From a virus (taxonomy: Duplodnaviria; Caudoviricetes), in IMG/VR virus record IMGVR_UViG_3300048574_000519, positions 1-60,699 of that record: a stretch of DNA of 60,699 nt; one strand, written 5' to 3'. Below, piece after piece: positions 42,008-51,171 of the stretch; the first letter of the stretch is position 1; every line of letters begins with the position of its first letter. Under the pieces are notes generated by a model, which saw only the letters and a program-made list of their open reading frames with translations, searched no databases and was not told where the DNA came from. A program made the translations under genes and the position numbers.

Positions 42008-43722
42008 GCTTCGACGACCCGGAAATCGTGCTCTTGGACGACGCCGCGCTGAGCATCGCCACCGGTGACGAAGACGTCACTGTTACGGTTCCTGACGACA
42101 GCTCGCTCGAGATCCAGGTATTTGCCCTTGGTCTGCCCGGCGCCGCCGGACCTCTCCCATGGACGCTGCCTTCTGAATGGACCGCAACGCGTGGTTACGT
42201 CGCTGGTCCGCCGGCGAGCCTGGTCACCCAAAGCGGCGCTGCGTATGTGTGTGCTACCACCCATACCGCTGGTGTGTTTGCCGAGGACCTCGAAGCCGGC
42301 AAATGGGCTCTGGTCCTTACCAGCGGGGACATGCTCAAGGCCACATACGACCCTGACGGCACCGGCGTTTTCGACGTCGCCCATGGTGGGACAGGCGCTA
42401 CAACCCCAGCCGGCGCACGCACCGCGCTCGGCATATCCGTTGTGGGTAGTACCGGCTCCTATTCGGACCTGACCAACAAGCCGACGCTCGGCACCGCCGC
42501 GGCGCACGCGGTTGGCACATCGGGCGTGGCGGTGCCGCTACTGAGCACGGCCAACACCTGGTCGCTCGCGCAGACATTCACGGCAGCTCCGGTGTTCACC
42601 GACGCGCCGGGCGCGCGCACCGCGCTCGGCGTATCCGTTGTGGGTAGTACCGGTTCCTATTCGGACCTGACCAACAAGCCGACGCTCGGCACTGCGGCGG
42701 CACACGCGGTTGGCACATCGGGCGCGTCGGTGCCGCTACTGAGCTCGGCCAACACCTGGTCGCTCGCGCAGACATTCACGGCAGCTCCGGTGTTCACCGA
42801 CGCGCCGGGCGCGCGCACCGCGCTCGGTATCACGCTCGGCACCGCCGCTGGCAACGTCGTACAGCTCGACGGATCTGGGCGCCTACCGGCCGTCGATGGA
42901 AGCCAACTGACGGGTATCACGGCCGGCACCCCCGGCCGTACCCTGCTCACCGCGGATAGAACCTACTATGTGCGCGGTGACGGCGCTGATACCAACAACG
43001 GCCTCGCCAACACTTCCGACGGCGCCTTCCTGACGATAAATAAGGCTGTCGACACCGTCGCGGCTTTGGATATCGGTGTGTTTGACGTCCTCATCCAGGT
43101 AGCTGACGGCACGTATACAACGCCTGTTGTGTTGAAAACGATTGTGGGCAGTGGCTCCGTCACAATCCAAGGCAATATCACGACTCCCGCAAATGTCCTG
43201 ATCAGCACGACCAACACCAACGCCATCACTGGTGCCAACATCATCGGAAAATGGGTAATCCGTGGTGTCAAACTTGTGGCTAATACGGCAGGAAGCTCGA
43301 TCGAAGCTAATGGACCGAGCGTAACCATTATGGTCGGTAACGTCGATTTTGGCGCGGCGCTTGGAGGTGGCCATCTTCGTAGTGTGAACGGTGGGACTCT
43401 TCAGTTTGACCAAGGGTACAAGATCAGCGGACCGGCCCTTATGCACTATTTTGCCTCCGGCATGTCGTCCCTCGGTGCCAATACACTATCGGCCATAACG
43501 GTAACCATTATAGGAACCCCTGATTTCCATGCCGCGTTCGCCTATATTCAGCGTAATTCCCTTCTTGACGTACGCTCCTCTGCCGTAACGTTCTCTGGCG
43601 CAGTCACTGGCGCGCGTTACTACGCGAGCAGCAACGGCGTTATTTACACAGAAGGTAGTGGAACTAGCTACTTCCCCGGCAGCGGAACCGGGTCAACCGA
43701 AAGTGGAGGCCAATACCTGTGA
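42004..43722 (+). CDS. Tail fibre / receptor-binding protein
   Basis: GGTGATT..ARTALG repeats, VVQLDGSGRLPAVDGSQLT, RTYYVR..G.D.N.G, and a beta-helix-like C-terminus. Confidence 0.85.
   Translation: MSFDDPEIVLLDDAALSIATGDEDVTVTVPDDSSLEIQVFALGLPGAAGPLPWTLPSEWTATRGYVAGPPASLVTQSGAAYVCATTHTAGVFAEDLEAGKWALVLTSGDMLKATYDPDGTGVFDVAHGGTGATTPAGARTALGISVVGSTGSYSDLTNKPTLGTAAAHAVGTSGVAVPLLSTANTWSLAQTFTAAPVFTDAPGARTALGVSVVGSTGSYSDLTNKPTLGTAAAHAVGTSGASVPLLSSANTWSLAQTFTAAPVFTDAPGARTALGITLGTAAGNVVQLDGSGRLPAVDGSQLTGITAGTPGRTLLTADRTYYVRGDGADTNNGLANTSDGAFLTINKAVDTVAALDIGVFDVLIQVADGTYTTPVVLKTIVGSGSVTIQGNITTPANVLISTTNTNAITGANIIGKWVIRGVKLVANTAGSSIEANGPSVTIMVGNVDFGAALGGGHLRSVNGGTLQFDQGYKISGPALMHYFASGMSSLGANTLSAITVTIIGTPDFHAAFAYIQRNSLLDVRSSAVTFSGAVTGARYYASSNGVIYTEGSGTSYFPGSGTGSTESGGQYL
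42421..42827 (+). repeat. 198-bp near-identical tandem duplication in the tail fibre
   Basis: ACCGCGCTCGG recurs at 42421, 42619 and 42817; the unit is 66 aa. Confidence 0.9.
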
Positions 43723-44102
43723 TATACGACACAAAAAACTGGTTTTGGGTTGTGGCGGGAAGTCTTTCATTCGTTTTTTCCAGCGCCATCGGCGACTACT
43801 TGCCGATAACAGACCCCGGGTATCAGGCGTGGGTTGCGCGTGGTGGAGTCGCTACTCCCATCGATACGCCGGCCAATCTTGGCGCCGTCCTCGCTTCTGC
43901 ACTTGCTCGTCCTATTAACGCCGAAGTGCTCGACGGGTATCAGTCAGCGCAAGCCCAGTCTGTGATTGTGCAGACCATCTTCAAACTGCTTTTCAACCAC
44001 GAAAATCGCCTGCGCGCCATCGAGCGCACGTTGAGCCTCAACAACTCTCCTCCGAATGTTGCCCCAGCGCAGGCGTTCGCCGCAGTGAAGGCACTGCTAT
44101 GA
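43719..44102 (+). CDS. Putative tail fibre chaperone or associated protein
   Basis: Coupled to the fibre gene and shares its lower GC. Confidence 0.6.
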   Translation: MIYDTKNWFWVVAGSLSFVFSSAIGDYLPITDPGYQAWVARGGVATPIDTPANLGAVLASALARPINAEVLDGYQSAQAQSVIVQTIFKLLFNHENRLRAIERTLSLNNSPPNVAPAQAFAAVKALL

Positions 44103-44248
44103 CCGCGACCATCATCAGTCTCGTGGCTCTCGGGGTCTCAGCCGTGGCTTTGTGGATTTCACTCCACCCGAAGTCGAAGACCCCCGGGCCTGTCACGCCG
44201 AATTATGCGTCCGACCTCGACGCCATCGCCCGGGAACAGCGCGGGTAA
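44099..44248 (+). CDS. Small membrane protein
   Basis: MTATIISLVALGVSAVALW; ATGA overlap. Not in the ORF track. Confidence 0.5.
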   Translation: MTATIISLVALGVSAVALWISLHPKSKTPGPVTPNYASDLDAIAREQRG

Positions 44249-44325
44249 CCCAGCAAGATAATCTGGCTCGGAGACGACGCCGCAACCCTCGCAGGCTAAC
44301 CACGGGGTGGTTACCTGCGGGGTAA

Positions 44326-45162
44326 GTGATGGCGGTCTCGGTTAAACACAACAAAGTCTCCAATAAGACCGGCGACAGCGACACCACTATGGTGCAGCCG
44401 GCTGATTGGAACGACGAGCATAGCATCACCTGCTCGTCCAACGTTGTCCTTGGGCGGTTCAGCTCGGGTAGCGGTGCGATCGAAGAAATAAGCGCACCCC
44501 CGTTTGGCCGCGCCATTCTGGCCACCACGGACCAAGACGCCCTTATGGCACTCGGCCTGGGCCTCTTTTCGACGGGTGACGTCAAGTTCACCATCAAGAC
44601 TATAGCCGATGCCGGCTGGGTGCTCTGCAACGACGGCACGATCGGGAACGCAGCGTCGGGCGCCAGCGCGCTCGCCAGCGCCAACACCTACCCGTTGTTT
44701 CGTCTCATCTGGGTCAACATCAACAACGAATTCGCCCTCATCTACAACTCGGACGGATCCGCTTCCACACGCGGCGCCACCGCCTCCGCCGACTTCGCCG
44801 CCAACAAACGGCTGTCGTTGACGAAGATGCTCGGCCGTGCGCTGGCAGTCGCCGGCGCGGGGTATGGTCTGACTCCGAGGACGATCGGCCTTGCGACAGG
44901 TTCGGAGACGACCACGCTGACCGTCGATCAAATGCCGGCGCACGAGCACGGGTACATCGACCCGGGTCACGCGCATGATTACATCCGTACAGTATCCATT
45001 ACGAATATGGGGTCGGGGGACAACTACACACTTTCGATGCCTGGAGGTGTTGGGCCCACTTCGACTGTACTCACCGACATCACCATCCTGAAAGCCGGAG
45101 GGGGTGCCCCTCACAACATCGTCTCCCCCTATTCGTTCCTCAACGCGATGATCAAGCTGTGA
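44326..45162 (+). CDS. Tail collar-type fibre protein
   Basis: TGDVKF..GWVLCND, GSETTTLTVDQMPAHEH, GGGAPHNIV.P...N.MIKL. Confidence 0.82.
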   Translation: MMAVSVKHNKVSNKTGDSDTTMVQPADWNDEHSITCSSNVVLGRFSSGSGAIEEISAPPFGRAILATTDQDALMALGLGLFSTGDVKFTIKTIADAGWVLCNDGTIGNAASGASALASANTYPLFRLIWVNINNEFALIYNSDGSASTRGATASADFAANKRLSLTKMLGRALAVAGAGYGLTPRTIGLATGSETTTLTVDQMPAHEHGYIDPGHAHDYIRTVSITNMGSGDNYTLSMPGGVGPTSTVLTDITILKAGGGAPHNIVSPYSFLNAMIKL

Positions 45163-45217
45163 GCGGCGACGCGCTCGCCGCGTGGAACATGCCCACACCG
45201 TAACGGGAAAGCTCAAG

Positions 45218-46066
45218 ATGCCGCCGACTCCTGCACAGACGACGATCGGCTACCGCAAACTATGGGATCACGCCGCGATCCAGCCGGCGCGTGCCGCCGC
45301 CGCGAAGGCGATCGCGAAGAAGATTGTCGCCAAGAAGGACCTCTACCAGGAGGTCGAGCGCACCACGGGGGTGCCGTGGTTCATGATCGGCGCGATCCAC
45401 AATCGCGAGAGCTCGCTACGTTTCAACGCGCATCTCCACTGTGGTGATCCGCTGACGGCGCGCACGACCCACGTTCCGAAGGGTCGCCCGGTCGATGGCC
45501 AGCCGCCGTTCACCTGGAAGGATAGCGCGTTCGACGCGCTGACCATGCCGCCGCACTCGCTCAACAAAGTCGGCCAGTGGTCGGTTGAGCGCATGCTCTA
45601 CGAAATGGAGAAATACAACGGATGGGGTTATCTCAAACGGGGCAACTCACCGTATCTGTGGTCGTGGACCAGCGAGTATTCGAGCGGAAAATACGTCGCG
45701 GACCACAAGTACGATCCGTCAGCGGTCGACCAGCAAGCCGGCTGCGCCGCGATTGTGAAGGCGGTGTCGGAGATGGACGAGAGCGTCCGCTCGGCCCTGA
45801 ACTCCCGCCAAGCGGAAGCCCCGAAGGAAGTGATCGACGACTACACGGCGAAGGAGCGCAAGATCCGAACGGCCGCGGCCGCCGGTGGCGTCGGCGGGGG
45901 CGGGGCTGAGACCGCCAACCAGACCACCAGCACCGAGGAGGCGCCACCGTCCCTGGTGACGTCGGTCGCCACCTACACCGTGATCGGCGCCGCCGTCGCG
46001 GCGTTCCTCGCCGTCACGTTCCTGATCGTGCGCAAGAAGGCGCTGATTGCTGAAAAGTGGGGCTGA
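45218..46066 (+). CDS. Endolysin (lysozyme-like) with a C-terminal TM segment
   Basis: GVPWFMIGAIHNRES, EKYNGWGY, SPYLWS and GKYVAD motifs. Confidence 0.85.
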   Translation: MPPTPAQTTIGYRKLWDHAAIQPARAAAAKAIAKKIVAKKDLYQEVERTTGVPWFMIGAIHNRESSLRFNAHLHCGDPLTARTTHVPKGRPVDGQPPFTWKDSAFDALTMPPHSLNKVGQWSVERMLYEMEKYNGWGYLKRGNSPYLWSWTSEYSSGKYVADHKYDPSAVDQQAGCAAIVKAVSEMDESVRSALNSRQAEAPKEVIDDYTAKERKIRTAAAAGGVGGGGAETANQTTSTEEAPPSLVTSVATYTVIGAAVAAFLAVTFLIVRKKALIAEKWG

Positions 46067-46069
46067 GCC

Positions 46070-46321
46070 ATGTGGGTCAAAACCAAATCATGGTGCTGGC
46101 ATTCGCTGACGGTCGCCTGGGGCTACATCCAGATCGCCGCGGGGATGCTCGCGGTCTTCACCAACCAACTGCTCGACAGCGCCATGGATCTGCTGGGCGA
46201 CCCGGCGCTGTCGGACTCCGTGAGGGCGTTCATGCCGTCGAAGGGCTGGGCGACGTTCATCGCAGTGTGTGGCGCCATTACCGTGGCGGCGCGCATTCGG
46301 TCGCTGGTCCGGAAGGCGTAA
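46070..46321 (+). CDS. Holin-like membrane protein
   Basis: Two TM segments; follows the endolysin. Confidence 0.6.
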   Translation: MWVKTKSWCWHSLTVAWGYIQIAAGMLAVFTNQLLDSAMDLLGDPALSDSVRAFMPSKGWATFIAVCGAITVAARIRSLVRKA

Positions 46322-46325
46322 TCCG

Positions 46326-46817
46326 ATGTTGTCGATGATCCTCAAAGCCATCGGCTTGCCATTCGTCGACAAGCTCATCGAGGGCGGGGTTCATCTTTTC
46401 GACGCCTACCTCAAGAAGCAGATCAGCATCGAGGAGCTGCGCACCCAGCTCCTCGGCGTCGCCATGCGTAGTGCCTCTGAGGTCGAAATCGCGCACGCTC
46501 AGAGCCTGACGTCGACGTACAACACCTTCATAGCCGCCGCGGCGCAAAACCCGACGATGGCGCGGGTGTGGGCGGCGACGGCGTTGTCCCAGCTGTTCGT
46601 GCTCCTCTGGCATCAGCTCGGAATTCCCTTCTATGTCTGGGCAGCCAGCACACCCGGCCACGTCGCCCACTACCCATCGTCCGGCGCGACCGTCGACTGG
46701 GCCTACGCCCTGTTGATGTTCTGTCTCGGCGGCGGCGCCATCGCGCTGCGTGCCGGCCCCGGCTCGGCCAGTGTCACAGACCAGCTCAAGAGTCTGATCA
46801 CCGGAGGTCGGAAGTGA
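46326..46817 (+). CDS. Holin-like (3TM-type) membrane protein
   Basis: Hydrophobic segments, in the lysis cassette. Confidence 0.55.
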   Translation: MLSMILKAIGLPFVDKLIEGGVHLFDAYLKKQISIEELRTQLLGVAMRSASEVEIAHAQSLTSTYNTFIAAAAQNPTMARVWAATALSQLFVLLWHQLGIPFYVWAASTPGHVAHYPSSGATVDWAYALLMFCLGGGAIALRAGPGSASVTDQLKSLITGGRK

Positions 46818-46822
46818 GCGCC

Positions 46823-47089
46823 ATGTCACCCAACCAACTGACCCCGAAGTGGTATGAGGGCCCCAAGCTCGCCTATGGGCTGATCTTCGCCATGCTGCTC
46901 CACGCGTTCAGTGTTGTGTGGTGGGCTTCGGATATGACGAGTCGCGTCGGAAAACTCGAGACGCACGTCGTCGATACCAAGAACCAGTCGACCGAAATCG
47001 CGCGCTTGCAGGAGAACTCCATCTACATCAAGGAGTCGCTGACCGAGATCAAGCTCCTCCTGCGCACCCACACGTCTCCGAAACTATGA
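46823..47089 (+). CDS. TM plus coiled-coil lysis-associated protein
   Basis: N-terminal TM (VVWWAS) followed by a coiled coil. Confidence 0.6.
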   Translation: MSPNQLTPKWYEGPKLAYGLIFAMLLHAFSVVWWASDMTSRVGKLETHVVDTKNQSTEIARLQENSIYIKESLTEIKLLLRTHTSPKL

Positions 47090-47271
47090 CGTCGCGCTCG
47101 CCCGACAAGCTCTACACAGGGTTCTCGCGTCTGGAGAGCCTGGCCGAGCTCAACAAGAGGTCTGTGAAACGGTCGCGTATCGGCGTCACGCGCGGCGGAT
47201 CGAGCCGCAAGAACGCCGGCGCGAAAGTCGCGGCGACGCGCGCCAAATTCAAACCCACTCAGTGGAAATAG
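47086..47271 (+). CDS. Small basic hypothetical protein
   Basis: ATGA overlap; K/R-rich. Confidence 0.45.
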   Translation: MTSRSPDKLYTGFSRLESLAELNKRSVKRSRIGVTRGGSSRKNAGAKVAATRAKFKPTQWK

Positions 47272-47279
47272 GAGCGACC

Positions 47280-47642
47280 ATGGCGTCCAAACAGAAATAT
47301 TTCACCAAGGAAGATGCGCCTGCGGCCACGGTCGCCGCGGCGGAAACACCGGCCGAAACACCGACTGAAGCGCCGGCCGAAGTGGCGCCTATTGTCGGCG
47401 AGATCAAGCAGCTCGATGGCGCTCACCTGAAGTTCGAGGTGACGGTCGAGGACCTCCCGCCGCTCGATGCGGCGCCCGAGCCCGAGCCCGAGCGCGAGCG
47501 CGAACCCGAACCCGAACCCGAACCTGAGCTTGGTCGGCCGGCTTCGGTGCCGTTGGTCGGGTCAGCGTCGGCCCCCCGTTTCACCGAGCAGACGATGCGC
47601 GAGATGGCCGCCGGACGCGCGGTGCTGGCGCAACGCGGCTAA
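47280..47642 (+). CDS. Low-complexity (EP-repeat) hypothetical protein
   Basis: AGGAG RBS; PEPEPEREREPEPEPEPE. Confidence 0.6.
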   Translation: MASKQKYFTKEDAPAATVAAAETPAETPTEAPAEVAPIVGEIKQLDGAHLKFEVTVEDLPPLDAAPEPEPEREREPEPEPEPELGRPASVPLVGSASAPRFTEQTMREMAAGRAVLAQRG

Positions 47643-47657
47643 CGGCAGGAGACCGCA

Positions 47658-49445
47658 ATGGCCGCGAACGTCATGAAGAACTTCGGGGGTATGATCCCGG
47701 CGATCGATGACCGCCTGCTCCCCGACGGTTCCGCGGCCTTCGCGCGTAATTGCTGGCTTTACGCCGGCACCCTTGCTGGGCTTCCCGCAGGGGTGCCGAT
47801 CCATAACTGTGGCGGTGCGGGCGTCGCAAAAGTTCTCCGCCTTCCGAACAATTACGTCGACGCCGCGCACATCGAGGACTCGGTCTGGGTGGAGTTTACC
47901 AACCCCGACACCGACGTCATACGCAGCCCGGTCGTGGGGGACACCTCGGACCGCTACTACTGGGCGTCGTCCTCAAGCGCGCCGCGGTATAACCCGCGGG
48001 CGCGGCTGGTCGCGGGTGACCCGGCGTTTCTTCTCGGCGTGCCGACCCCGGCCACCGCCCCAACGGTGACCTTTTCTGGCGGGTCTTCCACGACGAATGT
48101 GACCCGTGCCTACGTCTACACCTGGGTCAGCGCCTATGGCGAAGAGGGGCCGCCGAGCCCGGCCACGGTCGTGACGAGCAAGGTCGACGCCAGCTTCACG
48201 GTGGTGGTGGCGGCGGCGGCCACCAACGACACGAACGCCACTGATCGCAATCTGACGAAGACGCGGGTCTACCGCACCATCACATCGAGCGCCGGCGTTG
48301 CCACCTTCTTTTTCGTGGCCGAAATCCCCATCGCTACGTTGAGCTACATCGACACCCAGACCGAAGCCGTCGTAGCCGCGCAGAACCAGCTCCAGTCCAC
48401 GAATTGGAGCGCACCGCCGGCGGATCTGGCTGGTTGGGTGCTCATGCCGAACGGGATTATCGCCGGATGGCGGAAACAAGAACTGTGGTTTTGCGAACCC
48501 TACCGGCCGCACGCGTGGCCGGCCATGTATTCGGTGGCCGTCGAGTTTCCCATCGTTGGGCTCGGCGTCCACAGCCAGAACCTGGTGGTGCTCACGCAGG
48601 GTTTCCCGAGTGTGGTGTCGGGCGTCAATCCGGCCTCGATGACGGTGTCCAAACTCGCCAGTTTGGATCCCTGCCTATCACGCGCCGGCATCGTCGCCCG
48701 CCAGGACGGCGTGGTTTACCCGAGCCCCAACGGCTTGGTGCTGATCTCACAAGGAGCCGCGACGAACCTGACGTCTGCGCTGATCAGCAAGGACAAATGG
48801 CAGAAGTTGGCGCAGCTGCCCACGCTGCGCGCGGCGACTTTCAACAACGCCTACTTCGCCTATGGAGCTGTTCGGCCCGGCGTGTTTAACACGTCGGCGT
48901 TCAACACGTCGGCGTTTATGCAGAGCGACTTTACCGGCTCCCACAACGGGATGCTGATCGACACCGCGAACGAGCGTGTCGCGTTCGGCAATCTGTCCAG
49001 CGAGCATCCGATGGTGAACGTGTTCAACGACGCGTTCTCCGGGGAACTGCTCTATATCCAAGATGACGTCGTCTACTGGATCGATATCTCTGGGGCACCC
49101 GCGGGCGTCTTGCCCTATCTCTGGCGCTCGAAGGAATTTCAGACAGCCTCGGACAAGAACCTCGGCGCGATGAAAGTGTTCTTCAAGATCCCGCTCACGA
49201 CGCCGAACCAGAACCCCGTGCGCAACGTCGATCCCGTGCAGGTGCTGGCCTCCGACCAATATGGTGTGGTGCGCGTCTACGCCGACGGCGCCCTGTGGAT
49301 GACGCGCGAGCTGCGCGCCAGTGGAGAGCTGTGGAAGATCCCGTCCGGCAAGACGGCTGACTACTGGCAGGTCGAAGTTGAAGCCCGCGTCGAGGTGACC
49401 TCAATCCAGTGGGGCACGTCGGCTAAAGAACTCGCGAAGGTGTAG
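47658..49445 (+). CDS. Tail tubular / nozzle (stabilisation) protein
   Basis: FGGMIP..DDRLLP, YVYTWVSAYGEEGPPS, FCEPYRPHAWP and YLWRSKEF podovirus-type motifs. Confidence 0.8.
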   Translation: MAANVMKNFGGMIPAIDDRLLPDGSAAFARNCWLYAGTLAGLPAGVPIHNCGGAGVAKVLRLPNNYVDAAHIEDSVWVEFTNPDTDVIRSPVVGDTSDRYYWASSSSAPRYNPRARLVAGDPAFLLGVPTPATAPTVTFSGGSSTTNVTRAYVYTWVSAYGEEGPPSPATVVTSKVDASFTVVVAAAATNDTNATDRNLTKTRVYRTITSSAGVATFFFVAEIPIATLSYIDTQTEAVVAAQNQLQSTNWSAPPADLAGWVLMPNGIIAGWRKQELWFCEPYRPHAWPAMYSVAVEFPIVGLGVHSQNLVVLTQGFPSVVSGVNPASMTVSKLASLDPCLSRAGIVARQDGVVYPSPNGLVLISQGAATNLTSALISKDKWQKLAQLPTLRAATFNNAYFAYGAVRPGVFNTSAFNTSAFMQSDFTGSHNGMLIDTANERVAFGNLSSEHPMVNVFNDAFSGELLYIQDDVVYWIDISGAPAGVLPYLWRSKEFQTASDKNLGAMKVFFKIPLTTPNQNPVRNVDPVQVLASDQYGVVRVYADGALWMTRELRASGELWKIPSGKTADYWQVEVEARVEVTSIQWGTSAKELAKV

Positions 49446-49448
49446 CCG

Positions 49449-49649
49449 ATGGCAACCTATCCCAGCATCCCGAACCCGACGTCGGCCCCTAACGGCACGA
49501 TCGACAGCGTGCTTGCCGTCAAGCAGACGATCGAGATCCTCACCAACGTCTCTGGGGACGTCCTCGACTCGGCGGTGACGTGGCGCCAGCTGGTCGCGCT
49601 CGGGGTTATCGCGCCAACCGCCGTGCCGAAGAGGGTGGGTGGGCGGTGA
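49449..49649 (+). CDS. Small virion-module hypothetical protein
   Basis: AVKQTIEILT...AVTWRQLVALG. Confidence 0.6.
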   Translation: MATYPSIPNPTSAPNGTIDSVLAVKQTIEILTNVSGDVLDSAVTWRQLVALGVIAPTAVPKRVGGR

Positions 49650-50080
49650 TCGAATTCGGGAATACCGAGCACGGGATCACGATCGCGAAGGCTATTCCAC
49701 GGCAGTTCAATCCGGCGGTCGACCCCGTCATCAGCCACACCAGCAACGGCCGGTTACTCGGTGGTTGCATCTACGACGGTTACACTGGCGCGGCCATTTT
49801 CATCCATCAGGCAGGTTTCGATAAGCATTGGATGAGCCGCGACATGCTTTGGGCGGCGTTTGACTATCCGTTCAACCAGTTGAAGTGTAGTAAGTTGTGC
49901 GGGACTATTCCGTCCACCAATGATGAATTGCTTGCTATTAACAAGCGGCTGGGATTTATAGTTGAAGCAACCATCGAAGGTGCCTACCCGGGCGGGGATA
50001 TGCTTGTTTTGTCGATGACCCGGGAGCAATGCCCCTGGCTGAAGCTGAAGCCCCGAAATATCCGAGCAGGATCACGATGA
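49646..50080 (+). CDS. GNAT-fold acetyltransferase-like tail assembly protein
   Basis: FDYPFNQL, N...LAINKRLGFIVE, GDMLVLSMTREQCPWL. Confidence 0.8.
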   Translation: MIEFGNTEHGITIAKAIPRQFNPAVDPVISHTSNGRLLGGCIYDGYTGAAIFIHQAGFDKHWMSRDMLWAAFDYPFNQLKCSKLCGTIPSTNDELLAINKRLGFIVEATIEGAYPGGDMLVLSMTREQCPWLKLKPRNIRAGSR

Positions 50081-51171
50081 GCAGCAACGAAGCCCCGGCT
50101 CCTCCCGACTACTCGGCCATCGCCAACTCCTCCGAGAAGGCCGCCGAACTCGCTTACAAGACGTCGCAGGAACAGCTCGACTGGGCGAAGCAGCAGTACG
50201 CCGATAACAAGGCGACCTCCGACAAGGTCATCGACAGCTTTCTCGCGACGCAGGACGAAAACGACTCGAACGCGAGGGAAGACCGAGCTCGCTACGAGAG
50301 CATCTACCAGCCGCTCGAAGACAAGCTCGCCCAGGAAGCCGACAGCTACGCGTCCGACGGGCGAAAGGATCTTGAGCGCGGCCGCGCCGAAGCCAACGTC
50401 TCCCAGAATTTCGAGCTCGCCCGCCAGAACGCCGAGCGCGACCTCGAAGCCTATGGTGTCAACCCGGGCTCGATCCGCACCGGTGCGATCGACACGTCGG
50501 CGCGCACGCAGCAGGCCGCCGCGGTCGCCGCCGCCGCCAATCAGTCCGACCAGCAGGTGGACGCCACCGGCCGCGCACTGCGCAGCGAAGCGATCAACGT
50601 CGGAAGGGGTTACCCCGGTCAGATCGCGGGCACCTACAACACGGCTTTGCAGGGCGGCCAGGGCGCCGTTAACGCCGGCAACACGACCACGGCGACCGGC
50701 GCCAGCACAATGGGCACGGGCACCCAGTGGGCGGGCACGGGCAACCAAGCGCTGGGCACTTGGGGGAACACGCTCAACCAGGGCTACCAGAACCAGCTCG
50801 GCCAGTTCAACGCCAACCAGAAGTCCTCCTCCGGCTGGGGCTCGGCGCTCGGTACGGTCGCGGGTCTTGCGACGATGTTTGCGGAGGACGGCGGCGCGGT
50901 TCCTGAAGACGGTGGGCCGCAAGGCGCGGTGCCGGCCTCGGCCAGCCCGACCGGTGGCCGCGCCACCGATGATGTTCCGGCGCAACTCACTGCCGGCGAG
51001 TTCGTGATCCCGGAGCCGGTCGTCAACTGGTACGGCGAGAAGCATTTTCAGGGCCTGATCGAGAAGGCTGGCAAGGACCGTCAGGCGACGTTGGAGCGCA
51101 CTGGGGCGGTCCCGGCCATGCGCCCGGCTCGGCAACAGGCCCCCACCTACGTCTCGCAGGGAGCGATCTGA
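50077..51171 (+). CDS. Internal virion / ejection protein
   Basis: APAPPDY N-terminus, Q/N/G/A-rich, DDVPAQLTAGEFVIP. Confidence 0.75.
   Translation: MSSNEAPAPPDYSAIANSSEKAAELAYKTSQEQLDWAKQQYADNKATSDKVIDSFLATQDENDSNAREDRARYESIYQPLEDKLAQEADSYASDGRKDLERGRAEANVSQNFELARQNAERDLEAYGVNPGSIRTGAIDTSARTQQAAAVAAAANQSDQQVDATGRALRSEAINVGRGYPGQIAGTYNTALQGGQGAVNAGNTTTATGASTMGTGTQWAGTGNQALGTWGNTLNQGYQNQLGQFNANQKSSSGWGSALGTVAGLATMFAEDGGAVPEDGGPQGAVPASASPTGGRATDDVPAQLTAGEFVIPEPVVNWYGEKHFQGLIEKAGKDRQATLERTGAVPAMRPARQQAPTYVSQGAI

Noticed and set aside
42421-42827. DGR template/variable repeat pair in the tail fibre
   Set aside because: The copies are tandem and in frame, differences are not confined to adenines, and no reverse transcriptase is seen.
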